The position numbers and the translations under genes are program-made. DNA of 64,000 nt from a virus. Positions 1 through 9,563 of the stretch are shown in pieces (positions within the stretch are counted from its first letter, which is position 1; each line of letters starts with the position of its first letter). The notes beneath the pieces are model-generated. The model did no database searches and was not told the origin of the DNA. It was given only the letters and a program-made list of their open reading frames with translations. The DNA lies in IMG/VR virus record IMGVR_UViG_3300022602_000031, positions 96,001-160,000 of that record; one strand, 5' to 3'.

Positions 1-2
1 AC

Positions 3-341
3 AACTGGGGCTACTTACCAGCACAGTCTGCTATATACGGATACGCTGTAACAAGTACAACTGGTACCAGCCTGAGTACACTATTACAGCCCGGTCAGAG
101 TTTAAGTATTACCTTCTTAAACACAAACGGTGGTACTCCTTATTATCTAACCGGCTTTCAAATCGATGGTATAGCACAATCAGTTCGTTGGCAAAACGGT
201 GCTTCTCCAAGTTATGGATCTGCTAATAGTATTGATGTTTATTCGTTTACTATTATACGTACCTACGCTACACAAATTGTAACCCCACCAACTTGTATTC
301 CTGTATATACTGTACTTGGTAGCATAACCAAGTTCGCATAG
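3..341 (+). CDS. 3' end of virion structural protein (partial, runs off window start)
   Basis: Open frame from position 3 to TAG 339-341, translated by hand: ...VRWQNGASPSYGSANSIDVYSFTIIRT...YTVLGSITKFA. This C-terminal pattern is typical of phage tail/fibre-associated proteins. Confidence 0.6.
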   Translation, partial: NWGYLPAQSAIYGYAVTSTTGTSLSTLLQPGQSLSITFLNTNGGTPYYLTGFQIDGIAQSVRWQNGASPSYGSANSIDVYSFTIIRTYATQIVTPPTCIPVYTVLGSITKFA

Positions 342-349
342 GATCCGCT

Positions 350-1105
350 ATGCCAGCATTAAGTACACTAGGCGGCGCAAGCGTAAAAGATTTTAGAAGA
401 AATCAAACGCCTCCATCAAACGGATTATTTTTATTCTTAGATGCAAGTAATCTATCCAGCTACCCGGGTTCGGGTAGCGTGTGGTATGATCTTAGTGGTC
501 GTCAAAATCACATGAATATTGTGTCTAGTGCCTGGGCTAGTGGTACACCGGCATATATGAATTTCAATGGTAGTTACGGGTGTGCTAAATCGGCATCGGG
601 ATCAGACATACACATCAGTGGAAATATAACAGCCATTGTTTGGTGTATTCCACTAAACAGCACAGGCAATTGGCGTACACTATTTCGTGGACTATCTGGC
701 AGTCAAAACCATCAGGTTATATTTCAAGCAGGCAGTTGGGCCGTTGGTATGTACGATAACGATCACGGCACAGGATTTAACAATTCAGGATATAGTCAAC
801 AAAGTTTACCTGGCTATCCAAACAGTTGGGTAATGATGACCTGGCAGTTTTCTACTTCAAGTCCACAGTATCAACTAAGCATTAACGGCAGTCCTAGTAG
901 TATTGTTGGTAGTATATCTAGTTCAAACGCCACGTTTAATGATGGTATATGTAGTCTTGGTGCTTACAATAACGGTGACTTTAACCCGGCCAATGCTAGC
1001 CAGTATTTTGGACTTATCAGTCAGTGCGCCATTTATCAACGCAATTTAAACAACGACGAAATATTACAATATTTTACGGCTACACGTGGTCGTTTTGGGG
1101 TATAG
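350..1105 (+). CDS. LamG/concanavalin A-like lectin-fold virion protein
   Basis: LFLFLDASNLSSYPGSGSVWYDLSG N-terminus and ...ISQCAIYQRNLNNDEILQYF C-terminus are typical of phage LamG-domain proteins. Confidence 0.7.
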   Translation: MPALSTLGGASVKDFRRNQTPPSNGLFLFLDASNLSSYPGSGSVWYDLSGRQNHMNIVSSAWASGTPAYMNFNGSYGCAKSASGSDIHISGNITAIVWCIPLNSTGNWRTLFRGLSGSQNHQVIFQAGSWAVGMYDNDHGTGFNNSGYSQQSLPGYPNSWVMMTWQFSTSSPQYQLSINGSPSSIVGSISSSNATFNDGICSLGAYNNGDFNPANASQYFGLISQCAIYQRNLNNDEILQYFTATRGRFGV

Positions 1106-1111
1106 CATATT

Positions 1112-1852
1112 ATGCAACAATTAAGAAAAATATACCGCTCAAACTATGCCGGCGAACACATTGTTGGAAAACTCACGTTGTCCGATAATGCCTGGGATCC
1201 AAGCACAGAGTACATTCCTAATGCGGTGTTTAATACACACACAACTAGTCGGGCGGTTGTTATTGGCAACGGTGAAAGCCGTCAAGGATTTAATCTACAG
1301 CATATTGCCAATCACAAAGGCGGATTACTAGCAGCCGACAAATTACAAAGCTATGGATGTAATGCCTTGTACAGAGATTTTACACCAGATTTTTTAGTAG
1401 CAATTGGCGATACAATAGTTGACGAAATTGCTCAAAGTGAATATACCAAAGACAATATTTGTTACGCAACATCAGAATCTGTATTAAAGTATCCTGAACA
1501 ATTTTATCTGGTACCACAAAACCTACACTACGATGCCGGCGCATTGGCCGCTTACCTAGCCTGCTTTGATGGACATACTAAAGTCTTTTTACTTGGCTTT
1601 GACAACTATCCAGGTCCTGAAACAACAAATAACATTTACAAAGATACAAACGGTTATCCAGCCAACAATCACGTGTTAAATGGCGACTTCTTTACCAAGT
1701 CTTTAAATATGGTAATGACAACCTACAGTGATGTTGAATTTATAAGAGTGATGCCAAACACAGCCGCTTACATTCCCGACGGATGGAAAGGTATTACTAA
1801 TTTTAGACAAATTGACTATCGTGGATTTGTTACTGAATCAGACTTAGGTTAG
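1112..1852 (+). CDS. Conserved phage protein with Rossmann-like VIGNGESR...GCNALYRD motif (GT29/MptE-like fold suspected)
   Basis: 246-aa ORF; motifs VVIGNGESRQGF, YGCNALYRDFTPDFLV, VFLLGFD. Confidence 0.45.
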   Translation: MQQLRKIYRSNYAGEHIVGKLTLSDNAWDPSTEYIPNAVFNTHTTSRAVVIGNGESRQGFNLQHIANHKGGLLAADKLQSYGCNALYRDFTPDFLVAIGDTIVDEIAQSEYTKDNICYATSESVLKYPEQFYLVPQNLHYDAGALAAYLACFDGHTKVFLLGFDNYPGPETTNNIYKDTNGYPANNHVLNGDFFTKSLNMVMTTYSDVEFIRVMPNTAAYIPDGWKGITNFRQIDYRGFVTESDLG

Positions 1853-2280
1853 TTTAGAATACTTTCTAAAGTCTTAATTTTCTTTTTAATAATATCAAAA
1901 TTAAAACTACGCCACAGCCCAGGATGTAGTGGCTTGGGATGATCCTGCATTTCTACCCAGCAATACCCTCGGTGTTCTTTGTTAAGAGTTGGCACAAACT
2001 CTGTATCAACGTTTACTAAAAATGTATAATAAACAAATTTATTATTGTCTGATGTAAATGTTTCTAAGGGAATAAATTTCTTCTTGGTATAATCAACACC
2101 AATTTCTTCTTGTATTTCTCTTACCAATGCCTGTATAACAGTTTCGTTGGATTCTATTTTTCCACCAACAATACCCCAAAAGCCTTGTTGGCGACTTTTG
2201 TTACGCAGTAAAAAAAGATAACGATTGGTAGACCTGGCGTAAATTAATGCGCCAACACCTTCGGTGTGTTTATCTGACAT
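1849..2280 (-). CDS. NUDIX hydrolase
   Basis: Nudix box GGKIESNETVIQALVREIQEEIG. The likely start ATG at 2280 overlaps the upstream stop (TAATG). Confidence 0.85.
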   Translation of the reverse strand: MSDKHTEGVGALIYARSTNRYLFLLRNKSRQQGFWGIVGGKIESNETVIQALVREIQEEIGVDYTKKKFIPLETFTSDNNKFVYYTFLVNVDTEFVPTLNKEHRGYCWVEMQDHPKPLHPGLWRSFNFDIIKKKIKTLESILN

Positions 2281-3683
2281 TATAGAACCAAACTCCACTC
2301 TCCGGCTTTGTACAGGCCTTCATAGCTTCTAGTCCATTCACCTTCGTACCAACGATATTGTACTGGTGCTGGATTACCGGCTACAGTAGTTCTTAAATTT
2401 GAAACATACTGTATACCTGGATTACGTTGACTATCAAAACTCACAGTCCAATAACTGCCATTCCACTCAATGATATCATTGGCATTGGCTACTAACTGGG
2501 TTGATTCAGGACCTGCCCAGGCCGCGGCACTTTCGCTGTCAAAACTACCAATTGGATTTAGTATAAGGTAACGAGTATGTAATGCAGGGGTTAAGATATT
2601 ACTATCAACAGTAACAGTAAATGGATCAATGATAGCATTAACTGGTGGTAATGTATTGGCAGGCTTGGTAGCATCATCTACCGAGAATATAAGTTGACTA
2701 GGATCTACAGGATTCATTGCTACAGTACCAACTATCTCGTGACTACCACCTGGGTATGGAAATTGTAAACGAGCCTGACTGATACCGTTGACTATCTTTC
2801 CATACATATTAATTAACCCGTTCCAGTCGGCTTTTTCACCTACAACAACACCATCGTTGTCGTGAGCAGTATGAGTGTACAAAGTTAAAATATTAGGACC
2901 AGTGTAAACAACTTCGTAGCCCAACGGAGTAAAACGTTGTTGACTCATTAGGCCGTTAAGAACAGTAACAACACCCGAACTCAGATCTCCTTGTGCGTCG
3001 TATATGCTAGCGATAATTTCCGCAACTACTCCGCCTTTCTTGACCTTAGCAGGTAAGGTTAACCAAATTGGTAATTCAAAAGTTAAATTAGCAATATCAA
3101 TTTGTGTATCGTCGCCCATCATTGGTACGCTACGACTTGTATAAGAAACATCAGATAACTCTATAGCACTTAAACTGGTCCAATCAAGATAGTTGTCTGT
3201 GCTTTGTATTTCCAATGCCGGATTAAACAAAGGTAGTATTTGTTCAATAATTTGATGTTTTTGTTCAGTGTTGCTGGTCCAAATATCGGCTTTGAGTGTT
3301 AGCTTATACGGTGCTGGCATTAGGCGCTCTACAGTATAGATACCTTCTTGACTGCCAACATAACTCTGTGATACCGGGTCAAATGATTGTTCACGAACAC
3401 GTCTAGTATCTTCAAAGTAGGGATTTTGTAAACGATTACGATCATACGCTAATCCGCCAATGTAAACAGCAATAGCAGGAACAGCATTAAGAGTGTTCTC
3501 GCTATTACCTCGTAGGATCATTGCGGCCTGACGACTTTGATCACCATAGTAGACTGGAATAGTTTGTAGTGTCTGATTGCCTTGTTCGTCTTTGCCAAAT
3601 TCAACCTGAAAGTTAGATAGCATACGAATAAACTGTATTACAAATCGACGGATTTGTCCATCGTAGTTAAATTGTACTGGCAT
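2280..3683 (-). CDS. Tail completion / sheath stabilizer protein (T4 gp15-like) with C-terminal extension
   Basis: N-terminus FNYDGQIRRFVIQFIRMLSNFQV...IPVYYGD resembles the gp15 family; lies in the neck/tail gene neighbourhood. Confidence 0.65.
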   Translation of the reverse strand: MPVQFNYDGQIRRFVIQFIRMLSNFQVEFGKDEQGNQTLQTIPVYYGDQSRQAAMILRGNSENTLNAVPAIAVYIGGLAYDRNRLQNPYFEDTRRVREQSFDPVSQSYVGSQEGIYTVERLMPAPYKLTLKADIWTSNTEQKHQIIEQILPLFNPALEIQSTDNYLDWTSLSAIELSDVSYTSRSVPMMGDDTQIDIANLTFELPIWLTLPAKVKKGGVVAEIIASIYDAQGDLSSGVVTVLNGLMSQQRFTPLGYEVVYTGPNILTLYTHTAHDNDGVVVGEKADWNGLINMYGKIVNGISQARLQFPYPGGSHEIVGTVAMNPVDPSQLIFSVDDATKPANTLPPVNAIIDPFTVTVDSNILTPALHTRYLILNPIGSFDSESAAAWAGPESTQLVANANDIIEWNGSYWTVSFDSQRNPGIQYVSNLRTTVAGNPAPVQYRWYEGEWTRSYEGLYKAGEWSLVL

Positions 3684-4825
3684 TAGTTATCGGCCTTTGG
3701 TCTTAAAATTTTGCTTAGTGGTTGAGTAGTAGTATTATTTACATAACTCATGCGCTGTGTCAAAGTATCTGTTCCAGGTGTGATATTAGCACGTACACTA
3801 TCTTCAATCTTGATCCAGCTAGTACCGTTGAAACGGAATAGGCGATTTGGCAAATAGTCTAAACGCAAGAAATAATCTCCTATAGCAGGTTGAGCCGGGA
3901 ACGCTACGCCAGCACCAGTTACTAGGCCATTTGGCGCACGGCCATCGCCGGTTAAGTAACCTTGTACTTTACTTGTTGGGCTCACTGGAGTTGAGTCTGC
4001 AGTAATATTAGTATTGTCTGCTGTTATAGTAGTAGAACTATCATCAGGATAACTGCTATTGCCCCCAACTGGGCTACCATCGTTGTTGGTAGCTAAATCA
4101 TAAAATGGGCTTGTGTCGTAACCAGATTTAGGAACGTCAAGTTCGGCCTGAGCAACAATGGAATTGTTGATATTAATAAACTTATCGTAGGTACTTAAAA
4201 TTTGTCCAACTGGCGTATCTGTTCCGGGGCCAGCTTTGATGTTGTTGAGAATGTCTTTGTATTCTTGGCTATCTACCAATGGGTTGAGTTTAACACGCCA
4301 TAAATGTGGCCACCAGGTTGGACTAAAACCTTCTGACGCAAAACTAGCATCACCAACAACATAGTAACGTTTTAGTGCCGCTGGTAAGTCTCCGTCTAAA
4401 GCATCATAATCTTTTAGGTGCTGAAGTTCTAGTACATCGCCGGCTATTAACTTACGGCCAATGGTATCCACCATATCACGCAAATGGAACACCATGAAGA
4501 TTGTACCAGTTTGTAAGAATAAACCAAATTGACTTAAGTCAAAGTCTTGATCAGCACGTTGATAAATTCCACGCATTTTATAAACGTCTTGGCTGTACTT
4601 GCGGTCACGATTTTCTACCCATAGCAGGTCTTGAATGTTCTGCTCACTTTGATTTAAATAATCTGGACGGGTCGGGTCTGTGCTACCAGTTTGTTCTACT
4701 GGCCCAAGATACTTGTTTAATAGTACACCAGTACCGCCAATGGTAAACATTTCTGAAATTCTGCGATCAAAAAACTTATAATCATTTGAGTGTTGACCGT
4801 CTTTCCAAAGACTTAAACGTGGCAT
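3683..4825 (-). CDS. Neck/head-closure protein (T4 gp14-like)
   Basis: The likely start is MPRLSLWK at 4825, with a late-type TAAATA on the minus strand at 4846-4851. Adjacent to the gp15-like gene. Confidence 0.55.
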   Translation of the reverse strand: MPRLSLWKDGQHSNDYKFFDRRISEMFTIGGTGVLLNKYLGPVEQTGSTDPTRPDYLNQSEQNIQDLLWVENRDRKYSQDVYKMRGIYQRADQDFDLSQFGLFLQTGTIFMVFHLRDMVDTIGRKLIAGDVLELQHLKDYDALDGDLPAALKRYYVVGDASFASEGFSPTWWPHLWRVKLNPLVDSQEYKDILNNIKAGPGTDTPVGQILSTYDKFININNSIVAQAELDVPKSGYDTSPFYDLATNNDGSPVGGNSSYPDDSSTTITADNTNITADSTPVSPTSKVQGYLTGDGRAPNGLVTGAGVAFPAQPAIGDYFLRLDYLPNRLFRFNGTSWIKIEDSVRANITPGTDTLTQRMSYVNNTTTQPLSKILRPKADN

Positions 4826-4858
4826 AGCTATTCCTATTAGTCTAGTATTTATCCCCTG

Positions 4859-4887
4859 TTGACGGCTAATTCCCAAAATGTTATAAT
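4859..4887 (+). promoter_or_regulatory. sigma70-type early promoter with extended -10
   Basis: TTGACG(4859-64), 17 bp, TATAAT(4882-87), with TG at 4879-80. ATG follows at 4894. Confidence 0.8.
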
Positions 4888-4893
4888 CATATT

Positions 4894-5136
4894 ATGAGCC
4901 AGAGAATTGACGAGCTATTCTTCAAAATTATTGCCTGTAAGCAAGAGCACCAACGCGATCTTAAGCGTATATGGCACAACTGTAAACGCACAGAAGATGA
5001 GATCAGCCGGGAAGATGTAGTTTGTCGCAGAAAAGGCAGAGATACTGCTCGTATGATAGAGCTTAAACAAGAGCTTGAAGAAGATGTAAACTTATTAGAG
5101 CAGTATTTGGTTTTTGCTACTTTGCTCAATGGTTGA
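4894..5136 (+). CDS. Small hypothetical protein (probably leaderless)
   Basis: 80-aa ORF starting 7 nt after the -10 box; no SD. Confidence 0.65.
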   Translation: MSQRIDELFFKIIACKQEHQRDLKRIWHNCKRTEDEISREDVVCRRKGRDTARMIELKQELEEDVNLLEQYLVFATLLNG

Positions 5137-5161
5137 CTAAATATTTCCAAAATGTTATAAT
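5133..5161 (+). promoter_or_regulatory. sigma70-type early promoter with extended -10
   Basis: TTGACT(5133-38), 17 bp, TATAAT(5156-61), with TG at 5153-54. Shares CCAAAATGTTATAAT with the 4859 promoter. Confidence 0.8.
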
Positions 5162-5166
5162 AGTTT

Positions 5167-5679
5167 ATGTTAATATTCTTGGACACCGAATTTACTGACT
5201 TTGCCGAATCCGAATGCGATTTAATATCCATTGGATTAGTCGACGAAAATGGTAGGGAATTCTACGCAGAAAGCACACAGTACAGACAAGAAGCCTGTTC
5301 AGATTTTGTTCGGGAAATAGTGCTACCATTATTGGGACGGCACCCAGATCGTGTAGTAGATAATTATTACGGTATTGCTATAAAACTTAACGAATGGTTA
5401 AAGTACTACCAAAGTACTATTGTTACCATATGTTTTGATTATAATACCGATTGGCATTTAATGTCCAAAATGTTATTATTACTACCTGAAGAAGAATTAT
5501 TTGTAAATATCCAGGCTACAAATATCTGGGGTGACCTAGATAAACAGGCCCTGGATTGGTTTTGGTTAGAGAAAGACACAATAGGTTGGCAACAGCATAT
5601 GGCATTGTATGATGCCCACGCCAATATGTTCGCATACAAACCTTTAGTAAGGGAAAGACACAATGAAACTCAACGGTAA
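5167..5679 (+). CDS. DEDDh 3'-5' exoribonuclease-like protein
   Basis: IFLDTEFTD...LISIGLV...FYAE; D-W; HMALYDA motifs. Confidence 0.75.
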   Translation: MLIFLDTEFTDFAESECDLISIGLVDENGREFYAESTQYRQEACSDFVREIVLPLLGRHPDRVVDNYYGIAIKLNEWLKYYQSTIVTICFDYNTDWHLMSKMLLLLPEEELFVNIQATNIWGDLDKQALDWFWLEKDTIGWQQHMALYDAHANMFAYKPLVRERHNETQR

Positions 5680-6832
5680 GACAGTAAAGGCTCGACATAA
5701 GGCACAACGTAATCCGGCACTACACGATGAAAAGTATACCGGTGGCGAACCAGTGTGGGACACTGAACGTGCCTTGGCAATGTCTAAAGAAGACTTTGAC
5801 CATCATATGCGTAAGAGTTTTTACTACTACAATTATTACTACAATCAAAAAGACTGTAAGAAGTATGTAGTTGAGTGGTTAAAGAAAACAGCCGAATTTA
5901 CCAAAGAGGAAATTAAAGCCTACGAGCGTAGTCCGGATCGTGCTACAGAAATGACAGTATGTAGTTTGATTATGGCACATCGTCAAGGTATGCCATTGTT
6001 GGCTGAACACATAGCCTACATTGATACTCAAATTGAGCGAGCCATTACACACGCCACGGACGAAGTAGTTGAAGTTGCGGTGGATGCCAAACCCAAGGCC
6101 TATGTACCTACCATACAAGATCGTCTAAATGAAAAGACCAGCGAAACCATTGGCGAACTTGAAGGACACTACGATCAGTTTATCACCGACAAGAAATATA
6201 CATTCAAACCCTACGACTTTTTAGTAGCTAATAACGTACCACAAAGTCAACTTGGCAAATACGAAGAACTATTCCAACGACGTTTTGTGGAACTAGCACA
6301 GGCCTTTAATAAAGAGGACGAGCAGGTAGCTGAAGGTTACAGCCATTACAAAACAGCCGACTTTAAACGTATTATGGGCTTTATCGATCAAATACTAAAT
6401 GACATTATGGCCTATCGTAATGTTAAAAAAGCCACTAAGAAAGTTCGTGCTCCACGTAGTGTCAGCAAAGAAAAAGTTGTTGCTAAACTAAAATTTGCCA
6501 AAGAAGACAAAACGCTTAAAATTGTAAGTATCAACCCAGCCGACATCATTGGCGCACAAGAGCTGTGGGTTTACAACACTAAAACACGCAAGTTGGGCAA
6601 GTACATAGCTGATAGCATACGTGGCCCACTGAATGTTAAAGGTACTACAATTACCGGTTTTGATGAGTTTAAATCAGTGACAAAAACCCTGCGTAAACCC
6701 GAGGAAAAACTCAAAGAATTTGCTAAGGCTACTAAAGTACAGCTACGCAAATTCTTAGAAGATATCAAAGCTACAGATACCAAACTTAATGGCCGCATAA
6801 ACGCAGAAACGGTGCTACTCCGAGTTCAGTAA
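5663..6832 (+). CDS. Conserved hypothetical phage protein
   Basis: 389-aa Lys-rich ORF; no catalytic motif recognised. Confidence 0.7.
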   Translation: MKLNGKTVKARHKAQRNPALHDEKYTGGEPVWDTERALAMSKEDFDHHMRKSFYYYNYYYNQKDCKKYVVEWLKKTAEFTKEEIKAYERSPDRATEMTVCSLIMAHRQGMPLLAEHIAYIDTQIERAITHATDEVVEVAVDAKPKAYVPTIQDRLNEKTSETIGELEGHYDQFITDKKYTFKPYDFLVANNVPQSQLGKYEELFQRRFVELAQAFNKEDEQVAEGYSHYKTADFKRIMGFIDQILNDIMAYRNVKKATKKVRAPRSVSKEKVVAKLKFAKEDKTLKIVSINPADIIGAQELWVYNTKTRKLGKYIADSIRGPLNVKGTTITGFDEFKSVTKTLRKPEEKLKEFAKATKVQLRKFLEDIKATDTKLNGRINAETVLLRVQ

Positions 6833-6860
6833 TAAATACTGTATAACGGAGTAAAGCACA

Positions 6861-7808
6861 ATGACACCATTTACCGGTAATGTAGTAGAAGATCCCGGAT
6901 TCACAGCAAATCTAAACGTACAGACTAAAAGCCTGTACGACCCTACAACAGGATCCGGCCCCGGACACATCGAGTTTAATGGTACGCCTGACGTATATAC
7001 TCCTGGCAACACTGATCCAAATTGGCAGTACGGTGATACCACTAATAGCCTACGTGCCGCAATAACAGATTACATTCGTATGCGTTTGGCCGATGGCATT
7101 GTTGACGTTGAGCTAGACAAAGAACACTACGAAATGGGTATTAATCAGGCCCTGATTAGATATCGCCAACGTGCTCAAAATTCTACAGAAGAAAGTTATG
7201 TAAGTATGACTTTGCTTCCTGAAACACAAGAATACATACTACCAAAAGAAATTATGCAAGTGCGCCAAATCTTCCGCCGCGGTATTGGTAGCGTAACAGG
7301 TACTGGTAGCCAGTTTGAACCATTTAGTTCAGGCTATCTAAACACTTATATGTTGGTAGCCGGACGTGTTGGCGGATTAACTAACTACGAACTATTTGTT
7401 GACTATCAAAAACTAGCAATGAAGATGTTTGGTGGACACATTAATTTTACCTTTAATCCGATTACTAAAAAGTTAACATTGGTTCGTAAAATGCCTTGGC
7501 AAGGCGCCAACCCAGATCAAACACAAATGGAAAATGTTTTACTTTGGGTATTCAATCAAAAACCGGACCAAATGTTGTTTAACGACCCCTACATTTATCC
7601 TTGGATCCAAGAGTATGCCTACAACTTCTGTAAAATGATCCTAGGTGAAGCTCGCGAAAAGTTTGGCCAAATTGCTGGACCACAAGGTGGTACTACACTA
7701 AATGGTGCTACCCTAAAAGGCGAAGCCAAAGAGGGTATGGAAAAGCTCGAAGAAGAACTCAAACAATATGTGGACAACAGTCAGCCCTTAACTTGGTTAA
7801 TGGGATAA
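6861..7808 (+). CDS. Neck protein (T4 gp13-like)
   Basis: YIRMRLADGIVDVELDKEH...WIQEYAYNFCKMILGEAREKFGQIAGPQGGTTLNG pattern; TAAATA at 6833-38. Confidence 0.75.
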   Translation: MTPFTGNVVEDPGFTANLNVQTKSLYDPTTGSGPGHIEFNGTPDVYTPGNTDPNWQYGDTTNSLRAAITDYIRMRLADGIVDVELDKEHYEMGINQALIRYRQRAQNSTEESYVSMTLLPETQEYILPKEIMQVRQIFRRGIGSVTGTGSQFEPFSSGYLNTYMLVAGRVGGLTNYELFVDYQKLAMKMFGGHINFTFNPITKKLTLVRKMPWQGANPDQTQMENVLLWVFNQKPDQMLFNDPYIYPWIQEYAYNFCKMILGEAREKFGQIAGPQGGTTLNGATLKGEAKEGMEKLEEELKQYVDNSQPLTWLMG

Positions 7809-7812
7809 TATC

Positions 7813-8430
7813 GTGCGTATTGACGAAGTGTTGGGATTACCAGTTCCAGGAAAAACAACATCAATCAGAATTACTCCACCATTAGAAAGACCACAGGCTC
7901 ATAAACTTTTAAGTTTGGCAGATGTTTGTCCTAGCCAAAATAATCCTGAGTATGTTACAATAAGTTGGAAACAGACAGCTAAATCAGTATTACAACAAAA
8001 AGGATTGTATATTTGGACTCATCCAACGTTTGGTATTTTTTATGTAGGTATTGCTCGGGCAGATAATTTAGGGCAAAGATGGGATGCACATACTCAGAAA
8101 TTATTAAATCGTGCTAAAGTTTACTATCCCAAAAGATGGAAAGAATTTGCTCAGATTTTTTTAGCACAAGGTGTTAGTGCGTTAGACAGCAGTCAGGTTG
8201 CTAAAGATTTAGAAGGAATTAAAATTTATTTTTATCCAATTAACAAACCTGGAAATATTACCGATAAAGACTATGCTCGTGCTATTGAAGATTTGGAAAC
8301 ACGTATAGAAGCCAGATGGAACCCCAGGGCGCAAGGAAAATATAATCCAAATTTCCCAACTGTAACAAAAAATACCGACAACACAATTCCACGAGATCCC
8401 CGCGGAATGGTAAACCTTAAAAAGAAATAG
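7813..8430 (+). CDS. GIY-YIG-like endonuclease
   Basis: GLYIWTHPTFGIFYVGIA...LGQRWDAH motif; GTG start. Confidence 0.55.
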   Translation: MRIDEVLGLPVPGKTTSIRITPPLERPQAHKLLSLADVCPSQNNPEYVTISWKQTAKSVLQQKGLYIWTHPTFGIFYVGIARADNLGQRWDAHTQKLLNRAKVYYPKRWKEFAQIFLAQGVSALDSSQVAKDLEGIKIYFYPINKPGNITDKDYARAIEDLETRIEARWNPRAQGKYNPNFPTVTKNTDNTIPRDPRGMVNLKKK

Positions 8431-8459
8431 TTGACAAATACCAAAAAGTATGTAAAAAT

Positions 8460-8485
8460 AGCCCTTAATAGAAGAGGGCTTTTTT
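8460..8485 (+). terminator. Intrinsic terminator
   Basis: AGCCCT-9 nt loop-AGGGCT followed by TTTTT. Confidence 0.6.
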
Positions 8486-9130
8486 ATGATCATCGGCGTA
8501 TGCGGTTTTATTGGTAGTGGTAAAGACACAGTAGCAGACTACTTGGTAAACTTTCACGAGTTTAGACGAGACAGTTTTGCCGCTACACTCAAGGACGCAG
8601 TCAGCGCAGTATTTGGCTGGGACAGAGAACTACTAGAAGGACGTACTAAAGAAGCACGTGCTTGGCGTGAGCAAGTAGATCCTTGGTGGGCACAACGATT
8701 GGATATGCCTAATCTATCCCCACGCTGGGTACTACAATATTGGGGCACAGAAGTAGCACGTAAGAGTTTCCATGATGATATATGGATTGCTAGCCTAGAA
8801 CACAAGCTACAGAGTTCTGGAGATAATATTATTATTAGTGATTGTAGGTTTCCAAATGAAATTAAAAGTATTAAAAACGCCGGCGGCAAAGTTCTTTGGG
8901 TACAGCGTGGTGATTTGCCTGAGTGGTATAGTTGTGCTTTACTCGATAATAAAAGTCAAGGTCGCCACGCTAGTGAAAGCAAAGAGAAAAAACAAATAGG
9001 TATGAAGTATCAGTACCCTAATGTACACGCCAGTGAGTGGGCCTGGATTGGTACTGAATTTGATGCCGAAATTGACAACAACGGAACTATTGAAGACCTG
9101 TACACACAGATTAAAAATCTGGTTCGATAG
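8486..9130 (+). CDS. Deoxynucleoside monophosphate kinase (T4 gp1-like)
   Basis: IIGVCGFIGSGKDTVA P-loop; RWVLQYWGTEVAR; IISDCRFPNE. Confidence 0.9.
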   Translation: MIIGVCGFIGSGKDTVADYLVNFHEFRRDSFAATLKDAVSAVFGWDRELLEGRTKEARAWREQVDPWWAQRLDMPNLSPRWVLQYWGTEVARKSFHDDIWIASLEHKLQSSGDNIIISDCRFPNEIKSIKNAGGKVLWVQRGDLPEWYSCALLDNKSQGRHASESKEKKQIGMKYQYPNVHASEWAWIGTEFDAEIDNNGTIEDLYTQIKNLVR

Positions 9131-9461
9131 GGGCGGCTTTCCACGGTAGCTTATTACCTTGTATTTCTATTCTGCAGTTAGCACAAACAGTTTTTAAATT
9201 AAGCCAGTTGTTGTTTTTAAGATTGCCGTCAACATGAAACACTGACATTTGCCGAGCAGTTTTAGATTTAAAGTTACAGAGTTCGCAACGTTCTTTTTTC
9301 TTATAGCCCGACTTTGCCCACGCTGGCGGTTGCGGTTTTAATTTCTTCCCTTTACGAATGCAGGCCGCACAGGTATTTCTATAATGCCTAACACCATCAC
9401 GAATATAGTTGATAGCAACCAAACTATCTAAACATATTGGACATAAATCGCGTTTTAGCAT
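9111..9461 (-). CDS. Zn-finger / HNH-like small protein
   Basis: CPIC, CAAC, CELC and FHVDGNLKNNNWLNLKTVCANC motifs. Confidence 0.65.
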   Translation of the reverse strand: MLKRDLCPICLDSLVAINYIRDGVRHYRNTCAACIRKGKKLKPQPPAWAKSGYKKKERCELCNFKSKTARQMSVFHVDGNLKNNNWLNLKTVCANCRIEIQGNKLPWKAAPIEPDF

Positions 9462-9563
9462 ATAGTTATTTACACTAAACCTTTACAAAGGCTCCTGTAA
9501 CACGGCAAATTTTGGTTCATTCCGATAAATAACTTTAACTATGTATTATAAAGGAACATAACC

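Noticed and set aside
8431-8459. sigma70 promoter for the dNMP kinase gene
   Set aside because: TTGACA is present, but there is no convincing -10 box at 16-18 bp spacing.
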